Source: Cyanophyceae cyanobacterium (GTDB lineage: Bacteria; Cyanobacteriota; Cyanobacteriia; Cyanobacteriales; Laspinemataceae). Taken from it: a DNA stretch of 64,000 nt. Shown piece after piece: positions 1-10,360 of this stretch. The number at the start of each line of letters is the position of its first letter. Positions within the stretch are counted from its first letter, which is position 1. The notes under the pieces are model-generated. The model did no database searches and was not told the origin of the DNA. It saw only the letters and a program-made list of their open reading frames with translations. A program made the position numbers and the translations under genes. Location: the NCBI GenBank assembly GCA_038321985.1, contig JBBQFN010000010.1, positions 1 to 64,000 of the forward strand, read 5' to 3'.

Positions 1-223
1 GTCATTGAGTTTTAGTTGGGTACGAAAAGCCTTGTAAATCATTGCTTGATTTTACCATCAATTAGATGACTTCACTTTCCTTTGGTATTTACCTTGTTGT
101 CCTAAGATGTCCAGCAAATCTATGACTAAATCATGTCTCTCTCAACGTTCAAATTCCTAGGGCTTAATTTTACGAGGATGGGTATAGGCAAAAGAACCCC
201 GTCCTCGGTACAAACCCGTCGGG

Positions 224-1105
224 TTATTCCTGTCGCATTTTAGGATTGACAAATTCATTCAATCCTTCTCCTAAGAGGGACAATCCCACCACCATTAAGG
301 TCATGGTACAGCCGGGGAAAAAGGCAGTCCACCAAATCCCAGTGGGTAAGGCATCGAGGGCTTGGCGGAGGTCGTTCCCCCACTCCGGGACTTGTTCGGG
401 GAGTCCTAATCCGAGGAAGCCTAATCCTCCCAGGATCAAGATGGCGTCAGCAGCATTGAGGGTAAATAAGACGGGGACGCTTTGAATTACGTTTAAGAAC
501 AGATAGCGGGAGAGGACGCGCCAGGTGGAAGCCCCCATTGCTTGGGCTGCTTCGATAAACAGTTCAGTTTTGACGCTGACGGTGTGATTGCGGACCACTC
601 GGTAATACTGGGGAACGTAGGCAATACTCAGGGCGATCGCAGCATTAAAGATTCCCCGTCCCACGACAAAGGCTAAGGTAATGGACAGCAACAATCCCGG
701 CAAGGTGTAGATTGTGTCCATTAAGAATAAAAGGGTCCGGTCTAATTTGCCACCTAAGTAGCCACTGACTAACCCCAGGGGAACGCCGATCGCCATACTC
801 AAGGCGGTGGCTAAAATCACCACTTGCCATGCCACCCGAGAACCCATCAGGGTGCGGCTGAACACATCGTAACCGAGGCGATTGGTCCCAAACCAATGTT
901 CCCAGGAGGGGGCGTCATGGATGGGATGACTGAGAAACTCTGTAGGGTCGGTTAGCCATCCCCAGGAGATGAACAGGGGAGACAATAGGGCAATTAAGAC
1001 AAACATCAGGGTAATCCCTAATCCTACTCCCATCATTTGCATGGATAAGTTGGGACCGTGGGACGATCGCATGAATCGAGGGAGTCGAAGTTTCTGGGTG
1101 GTCAT
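224..1105 (-). CDS. Peptide/nickel ABC transporter permease (DppC/OppC family)
   Basis: HWFGTNRLGYDVFSR motif, EAA loop (FIEAAQAMGAS), LGFLGLG..PEWG and multiple TM helices. Confidence 0.9.
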   Translation of the reverse strand: MTTQKLRLPRFMRSSHGPNLSMQMMGVGLGITLMFVLIALLSPLFISWGWLTDPTEFLSHPIHDAPSWEHWFGTNRLGYDVFSRTLMGSRVAWQVVILATALSMAIGVPLGLVSGYLGGKLDRTLLFLMDTIYTLPGLLLSITLAFVVGRGIFNAAIALSIAYVPQYYRVVRNHTVSVKTELFIEAAQAMGASTWRVLSRYLFLNVIQSVPVLFTLNAADAILILGGLGFLGLGLPEQVPEWGNDLRQALDALPTGIWWTAFFPGCTMTLMVVGLSLLGEGLNEFVNPKMRQE

Positions 1106-1149
1106 GAATGGGAGTGGATGGGTAAGGGAAGGGAACTCGAAGGGGTGGT

Positions 1150-3603
1150 TTAAAACTCAAATCGCTGGCGATCGCTGGACCAACGCTGCAAGTTATAGCC
1201 ATTAATACCTTCTACTACTAATACCGGCAGTCCGCCACTGGGAAGATCGGCAATGCCAGTGATGGCTTGGGTGTCGGCGGTGGAGAGTTCACTATAAATT
1301 AGCGCCCCTTGGTCATCAAAAATTAAGGTACGGGTGCGATAGGCGGAATTGGATAATCCCGGCGATCGCACTAAGGCATCAGAACGCAGAGTTAGCACAG
1401 CCTCGGGCCAATCATTGCCGGTTAGGTCGGTAGATTGCACGAACCATCCACCAATCTGGTTAAGCATTTGTTCTATGGGGGGAACTTCGCCCTGGGGTAA
1501 CTGTCCGGTGGTTTGCAATTCCTGCCACAAGGAAGGCAGTAATCTCTCGACCCATTCGGGGTCATTTCGTTGTAATTGTTTGAGAGTTTGGGGTTCAGGC
1601 GATCGCCATGCCAGGGCAGAAGCGGTCAAACTCAACGGTTTGGAAACCCCAGACCCGATGTCGGGGGTGGGAATAGCATCGGAGGTGGTCAGCAAAAGTA
1701 AATTTCCATCCACTAACCGTAATCCCTGGACTGTACCCAGGGTTGTTTTTTGGTCACCATTGGGCATCCAAACCCCAATTTGAACCTGTGGGTCATTGTG
1801 TAACCCTAACTCTTTCCACAGATGACTCCCGAGGGCTGATTTGGGGAGATTGATATCTTTAAAGGGCGTTTGTCGCCAGCGGCGGGAATCGTTAAACCCA
1901 CTCACCTGGACTTGATACCAGACTTGACCCGATTGCAGTTCCAACGGTTCGCTAGCTTGAGGGCGAATCCACTCGTTGGGATTGACTTGGGACAGCATGG
2001 ATGCAGTACCGATGATTTGGCTTTTATGGGTTTTGAGTTTGGCGGCGTAGGTACTGGCATTGGCGCGGGCATCCAACAAATCATAGATGCGATCGCGCAC
2101 TTGAGCGGTATTTTGGCTTTGTTCTTCAAACCAGGCCACGGCTTCGCCGTCACTGTAGCGGGCGGCTAACACTAACGCCCCCCACGCTTTGGCCTCAGGT
2201 TGGGCTGGATTCACCTGAACGGCGGTTTCGATACGATTCCAGGAGACGGCTTTCTCGTCTTTGAGCAAACTGGACATTTCGTCTCCCAGCTTAAGCTGTA
2301 ACTCATAGACCTCTAAGGCTTTTTTCCAATTGCCATCAATCAGGGCCGTAAGGATTTGTTGGGTAGGGTTCTCCCAAGTCGCCTTGGCTTGGGTTTGGGC
2401 GATTTGGGCGTGATACCGGATGGCATCTAGTTGGGCTTGGGCGGCCTCCGGCCAGGTTTTTCCGGAAGTGTCTTGTTTGAGGGAAGCCATTAATTCCCAG
2501 GCGGCAGACCATAAGCTACTTCTAGCCAGGAGAAGGGCGTCTCTGTAGGCGCGAGAAGAAAGGGCAGGTTCGACGAGGGAGATTTCCTCTAAGCGAATGG
2601 GGTTGAGGAAAAATTGGACGGGTTTGAGTTGATAGATTTGGAACTGGGGTTCCATGCCGATGCTGCGATCGATGACCAGTTCTGGGTCGCCTCCCTCGGT
2701 CACTTCCTGCCAGGAGGGAGTCCGACCTTCGGGACTCATCCAGTCGGTCATTTCGCTCAGGTGAAAGGTTTCGGGGTTGTAATGAATGATTTTTCCATAA
2801 GCGATCGCTGTTTTGCCGAGGGTGCGATCGCTGTGCAAATTGAACCAATTTCCCCCTTCGGGAGCTTTTTCAAAGCGGTCTAAGCGGGTCAGGGGTTGTG
2901 GACCAACACTGAGGGCGGAGGCTTCGCTGTCACTGAGGGTCCGTGACAAAAATGAGGGGTCGAGTCCGGTGACCTCCAGCTTGTTGAGGAGTTGATAGTA
3001 AGGCTGGGGGTCGCTGGGATTGTTGGGATTAAAGACGGGCCGATAAACCCGTAGTTCAGATAAGGCTTGACAAGTAGATGCGGTGGCTTCTGGGGTCCCC
3101 GAACAAGGGATTTCCGACATCACCGGCATTAAGAGTTGCTGTTGAGCTTTGGGGGGTGTCGGGTTTAACTGCTGAGGTGGGGAATCTAGGGAGACTGTGG
3201 GTGCCGGAATCAGTCCGGCTTCGCGGATTTGGTCGCCGATCGCCTGGAGGGTTTGCGGTGCTTCTTTGTTGGCGATCGGGACTTGAGAGGAGGCCGGTAA
3301 CCAAGATTGTACCCAGGCATTCGAGGCGGGATCGATGATGAGGCGAATGCTCAACCATGCGCCGCAAAAGAATAAGGTGGTACTGCCGGTAATGGCAGCG
3401 ATCGTGGTTAACCCATTGCCCTGGGTGCGATCGCCCGGGTGGGAGGGGGATACCTTGGGCTTTTTGCTAGGAGGCGATATGGGATCACCGCCATCGGGTC
3501 GCGTTCGCGATTTCGCAGGAGGGGGCGTAGCCACTTGTTTGCGCGATAGCCGGTTCGCAGTCGGCGGACTCAGGGGTGCTCGCTTGCCAAGAGGGTTGTT
3601 CAT
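1150..3603 (-). CDS. Conserved hypothetical protein with one N-terminal TM anchor and a helical middle region
   Basis: Long ORF (track start TTG 3657; ATG 3603 more likely). Pro-rich N-terminus, then a hydrophobic segment (TTIAAITGSTTLFFCGAWLSIRLII). No catalytic motif recognised. Confidence 0.7.
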   Translation of the reverse strand: MNNPLGKRAPLSPPTANRLSRKQVATPPPAKSRTRPDGGDPISPPSKKPKVSPSHPGDRTQGNGLTTIAAITGSTTLFFCGAWLSIRLIIDPASNAWVQSWLPASSQVPIANKEAPQTLQAIGDQIREAGLIPAPTVSLDSPPQQLNPTPPKAQQQLLMPVMSEIPCSGTPEATASTCQALSELRVYRPVFNPNNPSDPQPYYQLLNKLEVTGLDPSFLSRTLSDSEASALSVGPQPLTRLDRFEKAPEGGNWFNLHSDRTLGKTAIAYGKIIHYNPETFHLSEMTDWMSPEGRTPSWQEVTEGGDPELVIDRSIGMEPQFQIYQLKPVQFFLNPIRLEEISLVEPALSSRAYRDALLLARSSLWSAAWELMASLKQDTSGKTWPEAAQAQLDAIRYHAQIAQTQAKATWENPTQQILTALIDGNWKKALEVYELQLKLGDEMSSLLKDEKAVSWNRIETAVQVNPAQPEAKAWGALVLAARYSDGEAVAWFEEQSQNTAQVRDRIYDLLDARANASTYAAKLKTHKSQIIGTASMLSQVNPNEWIRPQASEPLELQSGQVWYQVQVSGFNDSRRWRQTPFKDINLPKSALGSHLWKELGLHNDPQVQIGVWMPNGDQKTTLGTVQGLRLVDGNLLLLTTSDAIPTPDIGSGVSKPLSLTASALAWRSPEPQTLKQLQRNDPEWVERLLPSLWQELQTTGQLPQGEVPPIEQMLNQIGGWFVQSTDLTGNDWPEAVLTLRSDALVRSPGLSNSAYRTRTLIFDDQGALIYSELSTADTQAITGIADLPSGGLPVLVVEGINGYNLQRWSSDRQRFEF

Positions 3604-3683
3604 CCAAGGTCTCAACGGTAGGGAGGATCTGTTTCTATCACGAGAGGATAGAACCAATAGGAATTGAAAGTGATGCTATCCTA

Positions 3684-4931
3684 TCAGGATTTGCTAGGTG
3701 ATAACTGGCTCAACAAGGTTTCATATCGATGACCGGCAACATCCCAGGTATAGTCCCGTTCAACTAAGGACCGGGCATTCACGGATAATTGGTCTCGCAG
3801 ACGCCGGTCCTCAAATAACCGCCCCACTGCTGCTACATATTCGTTGACCTGATTGGCGCGTAATGCTCTTAAGGGGACGTTGGGTCCATCGACGTTTAAC
3901 CCTTCCAAGCCGCGATCGCTCCCTACTACAGGAACTCCGGCAGCCATTGCTTCTAGGGTTTTATTTTTAATCCCGTATCCGATCCGCATGGGAATGACAC
4001 ACACGGTCCCTTGATGCAAATATTCGGCAATTGAAGGCACTTGACCCGTGACGGTAACCCCCGGTTGTTCCTGGAGTTGCATCACTTCGGGTACGGGTCG
4101 AGACCCAACTAGGGCTAGGGTTGCATCCGGGTAACGTAGGCGGACTAAGGGAAAGATTTCTAGGGCTAAAAAGCGGACGGCATCAATATTGGGTAAATTA
4201 TCCATTGCCCCAATAAAAACAAGCTGGTGTCTGCCCGGATCAAACTGTCGCAGGGGAAATTCCGCTAAATCCACCCCATTGGCGATCACGGCAATTTTTC
4301 CAGGGGGTTTTAATGCCAGGATTTGCTGTTGGTCCTCTTCTGTTGTAACTACAATCCCGGAAAATTTAGAACAGTAGCGCTGTTCATACTGGCGTAGCAG
4401 AGGTAATTGCAGGCGATCGCGCAGGGGTTTTTCTGAGGTGTTGGTTTCCAGTAGTTGCTGACAGGTTCCGTAAACCGAACTATGGATATTGACTACCGTG
4501 GCAATTTGGGACTGCCATTCGGGACGTACATAAATCTCGTTGACGCTATGTTCGCAGGTAATCACCAAATCCGATGCCTCACCCTTGGCGATCGCTGTCT
4601 CTACATAGCGATCGACCCAATTCTGCATTTTTAGAGAGTAACTCGATAGCACGTTGGGCGGAGTTCCCTCGCGCAGAAAATTCGCAAAGCGCTTTACTTT
4701 GGAGAAGGTCCCATCCATTGAACTGAAGGCAGGACGGGCAAAGATTGCCACATCTTGGACGCATCCGCGCAACCCTTCGACTTCCTCATCGGTAACATTG
4801 GGCGATCGCTGAGTCACCAAACTAACCGCATGGCGCTGGGTTAAATATTTCATTAAATGAAACGTCCTTACCTGGGTCCCCCCTCGCGTTGGCGGATAGG
4901 GAAAGGTGGAAGAAAGCATTAAAATTTTCAC
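3684..4931 (-). CDS. Glycosyltransferase family 4 (GT-B)
   Basis: MKILMLSSTFPYPPTRGG start; GIKNKTLEAMAAGVPVV GT4 motif; GTG start. Confidence 0.9.
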   Translation of the reverse strand: MKILMLSSTFPYPPTRGGTQVRTFHLMKYLTQRHAVSLVTQRSPNVTDEEVEGLRGCVQDVAIFARPAFSSMDGTFSKVKRFANFLREGTPPNVLSSYSLKMQNWVDRYVETAIAKGEASDLVITCEHSVNEIYVRPEWQSQIATVVNIHSSVYGTCQQLLETNTSEKPLRDRLQLPLLRQYEQRYCSKFSGIVVTTEEDQQQILALKPPGKIAVIANGVDLAEFPLRQFDPGRHQLVFIGAMDNLPNIDAVRFLALEIFPLVRLRYPDATLALVGSRPVPEVMQLQEQPGVTVTGQVPSIAEYLHQGTVCVIPMRIGYGIKNKTLEAMAAGVPVVGSDRGLEGLNVDGPNVPLRALRANQVNEYVAAVGRLFEDRRLRDQLSVNARSLVERDYTWDVAGHRYETLLSQLSPSKS

Positions 4932-5192
4932 CTTTTAAAGCAAGAAAAAGAAACTTCTACATTATTATAGGCTCATGAAGACCCACTCAATATTCTTCTC
5001 TTTTGTTGCAAAACTTTGGTAAACTTGGATTGGCTCTTTTTCTTTCCTCGTTTCCCTGACCTGACACGGGGTGGAAGAGGGTTTTCTTCTTTACAAGGTT
5101 GATTCAGGTACTGTGCTGCGGTAGGCTAGGGCTGTTTAATTCCAGCAACACTTTGTAAACAAACTGAGTGCAAACACCCAAGTTATTAATAA

Positions 5193-6245
5193 ATGCAAAT
5201 GAATATTTTATTAATGGGCTATTACGGACAAAGAAATATTGGAGATGATTTATTTGTTCACCAACTTACTCATTATTTTTCCGAAAAATCGACGGTTCAA
5301 AAAATATTTGTCTTCTGTCAAGAAGATTATTATCCCAAAATTAGCGATAAAGTCCAGTTTTTCCCCGCAACCCAGTTATCTAAACTAAAAAAAATCGGTT
5401 TAATCTTAAAAAGTGACCTTATTTTTTGGGGGGGAGGGACTCTAAGTTTCGGGGATAAACCGACCAATCTGCTGCAAATTCAAGCCTTGTCTCAGTTTCT
5501 AGGCAAAAAATTTGGATTTCTGGGCATCGGACTAGAAGGCATCACTTCCGAACTCCAACAACCCAACTATGAGATATTTAACAAAGCCGATATCCTTTAT
5601 TTTCGGGATAATTCATCCTATGAATTGTTTCGAGAAAAATCCCCTCATCATTCTTGGGTTTTTCTCGGGGGAGACTTAGCATTTTTGGACCTAGATTTAT
5701 ATCAACCTTTTATTAAAGTTACCCCGACCTCTTCCCTTCAGCATATCTCCTTTTCTGGTAAGTTTTGGTGGGGAGAAGGGCGGGGAGAATTTTATGCTAA
5801 GCAATTAATGCCGGTCATTGAAAAATATAATTGTATGATTCATTTACTCCCGGGTCATGTAGGAGAAAAAAGAAACGATAATCAGTTTCATGAGTTTTTA
5901 AAAAAATATCTCCCCCGGGAAAATTGGGAACTCCATACCTGGGATAAGCCGGAAGAATTTCTCAGGATATTATCTCAAATGGACTTTCATTTAGGAAACC
6001 GCTTGCACTCTATCATTCTGGCTGACCTTTTAGGCATTCCCAATATCGGCATCGATAAGCAGGACTCTAAAATTGGTCACTACATTGACAAGACGGGTTT
6101 ATTATCTAAGGAAAGACGGGTGGATTTTATGGAAGAAATCAGCTTAGACCGCATTGAAGGTATTAGCCGTGAATACCACTACCTAGATGCCTTTATTAAA
6201 AATGAGTCACAGCAAGCTATACACTGTTTAGAAACCCTGCTTTAA
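5193..6245 (+). CDS. Polysaccharide pyruvyl transferase (CsaB/WcaK family)
   Basis: GYYGQRNIGDD, FWGGG, YFRD..S and RLHSIILA motifs; AT-rich. Confidence 0.85.
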   Translation: MQMNILLMGYYGQRNIGDDLFVHQLTHYFSEKSTVQKIFVFCQEDYYPKISDKVQFFPATQLSKLKKIGLILKSDLIFWGGGTLSFGDKPTNLLQIQALSQFLGKKFGFLGIGLEGITSELQQPNYEIFNKADILYFRDNSSYELFREKSPHHSWVFLGGDLAFLDLDLYQPFIKVTPTSSLQHISFSGKFWWGEGRGEFYAKQLMPVIEKYNCMIHLLPGHVGEKRNDNQFHEFLKKYLPRENWELHTWDKPEEFLRILSQMDFHLGNRLHSIILADLLGIPNIGIDKQDSKIGHYIDKTGLLSKERRVDFMEEISLDRIEGISREYHYLDAFIKNESQQAIHCLETLL

Positions 6246-6486
6246 TCAGTGTCTTGATCAAACTTTACCTATCTCATTTCATCTAGTCCCTGGACTAAAA
6301 TAAGGATAGTTTTAAAGAGGATTATCTTACCCGGGTTGAAGTGAAAACTTTCCGGGTTAAGGGGGTCCTTTTTCCCCCGAAAAAACAGAATTAGGCAAAA
6401 ATTAGGTAGAGTTTCCCCCGCGATCGCCTCGATGCAGTTAAAATCAATTTGATGCTTAGTCCTTTACCCGTACAGCGATTGAGTTC

Positions 6487-7440
6487 ATGCCAAAAGTTAG
6501 CGTTTGCATTCCCACCTATAACCGCGTTGAATTACTGCCGGTGGCGATCGAAAGTGTTTTGCGCCAGACTTACACCGATTTTGAATTAATCGTCTGCGAT
6601 GACGGTTCCACGGATGAAACCCCAGAATTGATTGCAAAGTTAACCGATCGCCGGGTTCGTTACCTCCGTCATCCTCAGAATATCGGCAAAAGCAACAATA
6701 TGCGGTCTGGATTTGAAGCAGCAACCGGGGATTATTTTATTAAATTTGACGATGACGATCGCCTCACGCCTGAATTTCTCGCCCGGACTACCGCTATTTT
6801 AGACCGAGACTCCCACCTGGATTTTGTGGGAACAGACCACTGGATTATTGATATCAACAACCAGCGAAACGAAACCCAAACCCAAGAAAACTCTCAGCGA
6901 TGGGGACGCAGCCAATTACCGGAAGGTCCGGTTGAAAATTTGCTAGAGGTTGTTTTTGTCAAACAGAGTTTCCAAATCGGTGCTACTTTATTTCGGCGAT
7001 CGGCGTTATTAGATGTCCGCTATATGCGTCCTAATCTTCAAAATTGCGAAGATAATGATTTATTTGTCCGCCTTGCTTTATCGGGAAAAAACGGATACTA
7101 TCTTCCCGAATTATTAATGGAATATCGCGTTCATGATGGACAACAAGGGCTTAACCGCGCTATTCCTTATTTAGGCGATAAAATCCAATATTTGGAAACT
7201 TATCAGTTTGAATCCGCAAAATTAGAATCCATCCGGCAGTCGCGCTTAACGGAAAGTCAACTCCTCTTAGGATTGCGCTTAGTAGAAGGGGGCGAAACTG
7301 AAAAAGGTCGCCAGTTACTCCTCCAGGGAAAATCGTTTTCCCCCGGGAAGGCCAACATCGGATTAGCACTATCACAGCTACCCATAAAATGGAGAAAACT
7401 AGCTTTTAAGACTCTGCGAAAGATGAAAGAACCGGGCTAA
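6487..7440 (+). CDS. Glycosyltransferase family 2 (GT-A)
   Basis: VSVCIPTYNR, VCDDGSTD, FDDDD and ED motifs. Confidence 0.92.
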   Translation: MPKVSVCIPTYNRVELLPVAIESVLRQTYTDFELIVCDDGSTDETPELIAKLTDRRVRYLRHPQNIGKSNNMRSGFEAATGDYFIKFDDDDRLTPEFLARTTAILDRDSHLDFVGTDHWIIDINNQRNETQTQENSQRWGRSQLPEGPVENLLEVVFVKQSFQIGATLFRRSALLDVRYMRPNLQNCEDNDLFVRLALSGKNGYYLPELLMEYRVHDGQQGLNRAIPYLGDKIQYLETYQFESAKLESIRQSRLTESQLLLGLRLVEGGETEKGRQLLLQGKSFSPGKANIGLALSQLPIKWRKLAFKTLRKMKEPG

Positions 7441-7443
7441 AAA

Positions 7444-8289
7444 TTAAGCCGTAAATCCCCCATCAATGACTAATTCAGCCCCGGTAACAAAACGGGATTC
7501 GTCCGAGGCTAAATACAAGATAGCTAAGGCGATTTCTTCCGGGTCAGCAAACCGTTTTAAGGGGGTATTTTCGGCTAACTTATTCCATAATTCCTGTTCT
7601 CCTCCGGCCTGTTCTTTAAAGGCTTCCCACCCTTCCATATTCGACCATAGTGGCGTCATGACGCCACCGGGAAGAAGGGTATTTACTCGAATATTGGGAT
7701 GAGTTTGAGCCACTTCTAAGGCAGCACATTTAGAAAATAATCGGACCGCTGCTTTACTGCTGACATAAGCAGAGGCCCCGGGAGTTGCCTTGATTCCAGA
7801 AGCCGAAGAAACATTAATAATGCTGCCGCCATTCCCATTTTTCATGGCTATTATGGCATATTTTGTTCCTAAAAATACTCCATCTAAATTGACCGCCATC
7901 ACTTGCCGCCATTGGGCTAATTTCATATCAGTGATAGGCTGGGCTATAGAGATTCCAGCATTATTCACTAAAATATCTAATTGACCCCATTCGGCTAATA
8001 CCAAATCCATACCCTGTTGCCACTGGTGCTCCTGTGTAACATCCAGAGAAAAAGCTAAAGATTTGTGGCCCATTTCTTGAATTTCTGCTGATGTTTTACC
8101 GGCTTTTTGCCCATCAATATCAGTAACAGCAACCTGTGCACCTTCTTTGGCTAAGACGATCGCAGTTGCCCTCCCAATTCCTGACCCTGCCCCTGTAACC
8201 CAAGCCACTTTTCCCGCAACTCTACTCATACTGTTGTTATTTGTCCCTTGTTCTGATGTCATCCTACCTTCTACCCCCTCACTCTTCAT
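7444..8289 (-). CDS. Short-chain dehydrogenase/reductase (classical SDR)
   Basis: TGAGSGIG, LVNNAG, YVSSK (YxxxK), IDGG end. Start overlaps the upstream stop (ATGA 8286-8289); the true start may be further in. Confidence 0.92.
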   Translation of the reverse strand: MKSEGVEGRMTSEQGTNNNSMSRVAGKVAWVTGAGSGIGRATAIVLAKEGAQVAVTDIDGQKAGKTSAEIQEMGHKSLAFSLDVTQEHQWQQGMDLVLAEWGQLDILVNNAGISIAQPITDMKLAQWRQVMAVNLDGVFLGTKYAIIAMKNGNGGSIINVSSASGIKATPGASAYVSSKAAVRLFSKCAALEVAQTHPNIRVNTLLPGGVMTPLWSNMEGWEAFKEQAGGEQELWNKLAENTPLKRFADPEEIALAILYLASDESRFVTGAELVIDGGFTA

Positions 8290-9158
8290 CCTTTTCCTTT
8301 CCCTTCTGGCAACAGGGGACGGTTTTGATAGGGCATGGGGATATATTGAACCGTGGGACGTGCCGCTTTAGCTTGGGGATATAAATCCATTAATTGATAA
8401 ATAGAATCCGGTAAACCTACGGTAATGGGTAATCCCATTTCTGTTGCTTCTTCTACGGTAATGGGATAATCATGAGTGACTTGTCCGGTGGTGAGTTTTT
8501 CGATAATGGTATCAATATTTTGGGGTTCAATTTTTTGGACAGGAATATTATCTTCGAGTAGGGTCCGGACAAAACGCTGCACTTGGGCGATCGCCTTGCG
8601 TGAAATATCCGCCATTATGATGGTTTGGTCATCAATTTCGCCAATGGGTTTTTCTTCCAAAACTTTGAGAATGCTGGCCGCTGGAGAGGTCCCTAATTGT
8701 GGATCGACTGGACCGAGAACAGCATTCTCATCCATAACAATTTCATCAGAAGCCAGGGCTAACATGGTGCCACCACTCATGGCATAATGCGGAACAAATA
8801 CAGTCACTTTTCCTTGATGACGAATCAAGGCACGGGCAATTTGTTCGGTCGCTAAAACCAGTCCTCCAGGGGTATGTAATATCAAATCAATGGGAACGTT
8901 CGGGGGTGTGAGGCGAATCGCCCTAAGAATTTGTTCTGAGTCTTCTATGCTGATATAGCGGGACAGGGGAATTCCCAACAAACTAATCGATTCTTGTCGA
9001 TGAATAAGGAGAATGACGCGACTATTTCGCTGGCGCTCAAATTCTGATATAGCCTTATATCGACGAGACTCTATTTGCCGTTTTTGCCACGCCGGTTGTA
9101 AGGATGCGAGTAAGAAAAATATCCAAATAAAATCAAAAAAGTTAATGTCCATATTCAT
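8286..9158 (-). CDS. SDH-family ClpP-fold serine protease with N-terminal TM
   Basis: LILHTPGG, AMSGGTMLAL (catalytic Ser), LGPVDPQ, THDYPIT. Confidence 0.88.
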   Translation of the reverse strand: MNMDINFFDFIWIFFLLASLQPAWQKRQIESRRYKAISEFERQRNSRVILLIHRQESISLLGIPLSRYISIEDSEQILRAIRLTPPNVPIDLILHTPGGLVLATEQIARALIRHQGKVTVFVPHYAMSGGTMLALASDEIVMDENAVLGPVDPQLGTSPAASILKVLEEKPIGEIDDQTIIMADISRKAIAQVQRFVRTLLEDNIPVQKIEPQNIDTIIEKLTTGQVTHDYPITVEEATEMGLPITVGLPDSIYQLMDLYPQAKAARPTVQYIPMPYQNRPLLPEGKGKG

Positions 9159-9476
9159 GGATGAAACCCTTTAAAAAACTGCTATTTCTGGTATTTTAGT
9201 GTAAATAAGGCTTGTTTTGTCCCTCGGGGAGTAGAAATAGTCTGGCGTTAAGGGTGAAATTTGACCCGAAGCGGGCGATCGCCCTTTTTCCTTCAGGTCC
9301 GAAATTATAGCCGATTTCGATGGGATGATTGACCTAGAGAGGGTTCCAGCCGATAACTTCTCCAGGGTGGCGATCGCCTAGATAATTCTCGGGATCATCT
9401 AAGTCTCCCTGCAATTTAAACTAAGATTAGGCGTTTTGTCCTTTATTGTCGTTGCAAATCCGGTTAGGGGGAGCAC

Positions 9477-10307
9477 ATGGAAGTGCAGGAGCTCAAGTTT
9501 CTGCTAGATTTACTGGGGTCTCCCGATTATCGGGCACCCATTACGCAGATTAAACCGAATCCAAAAACCAAGGCGACGGAACGAGATGCGATCTGTCGTG
9601 CCTTGGCTGATCGGGAGTTAGTCGGATATGGCGAGGAAATCCTGAATTTTTCGATTTCTCCGGCAGGAAAATCTCTGCTGCAATTAGATCCGACGCGATT
9701 GCCGATCGCCGAGGCGGAAGTGGCTATCCTCAATGCTTGTGCTGAGTCTACCATTACTCCAGCACAAACTGAGATTAAAGCAACCCACCGGCAATCGGTG
9801 ATTCAAGGGTTAGCAGAAAAGGGGTTAATCAAGGCCGAAAAAACGCAAATCACTGAGGTCTGGTTGACATTCCGAGGGCAGGAATATCTACGGGAAGAGT
9901 ACAATCCTAGTGGAACTTTACCGGTCGTTAGTTTGGATATGCTGACGAATTATTTGCGCTTCTTGCGGAAATCATTACGACTGCCTGAAGAGTCCTTGAC
10001 GACCAATTCATTGCCGGAACCCGTTGTGGCTAAACCTTTATCGGATGATGAAATTGTGCGTCTAATTCAGGAGTTAGACCGAGAGTTAGGAACTGATAAC
10101 TATTTGCCCATTTTCCATTTACGACAAAAGTTACAACCCCCCTTTTCTCGGGAAGATTTTGATCGCACTCTCTATCGCCTACAACGGAACGATCGCATTG
10201 AATTAAGTTCTTTACAAGAGGCAATTTCTTATAGTCCCGACCAAATCGAGTTAGGTATTTCTCAAGATATCGGCGGTCCCCTGTTTTTTATTATTGTAAC
10301 TCAATAA
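9477..10307 (+). CDS. rcaD: RcaD-like multi-winged-helix DNA-binding protein
   Basis: ELKFLL.LLG..DYR start, EVWLT.RG.EYLR.EY.P, and C-terminal LD.ELGT.NYLPIFHLRQKLQPP...LDRTLYRL...GG.LFFI match my recollection of cyanobacterial RcaD-annotated proteins; RBS GGGGAG. Confidence 0.6.
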   Translation: MEVQELKFLLDLLGSPDYRAPITQIKPNPKTKATERDAICRALADRELVGYGEEILNFSISPAGKSLLQLDPTRLPIAEAEVAILNACAESTITPAQTEIKATHRQSVIQGLAEKGLIKAEKTQITEVWLTFRGQEYLREEYNPSGTLPVVSLDMLTNYLRFLRKSLRLPEESLTTNSLPEPVVAKPLSDDEIVRLIQELDRELGTDNYLPIFHLRQKLQPPFSREDFDRTLYRLQRNDRIELSSLQEAISYSPDQIELGISQDIGGPLFFIIVTQ

Positions 10308-10360
10308 CCCAAAAAACTCGTTTTTTTTCATTCTTCATCCTTTTTCCCAGAGGTCCTGTT

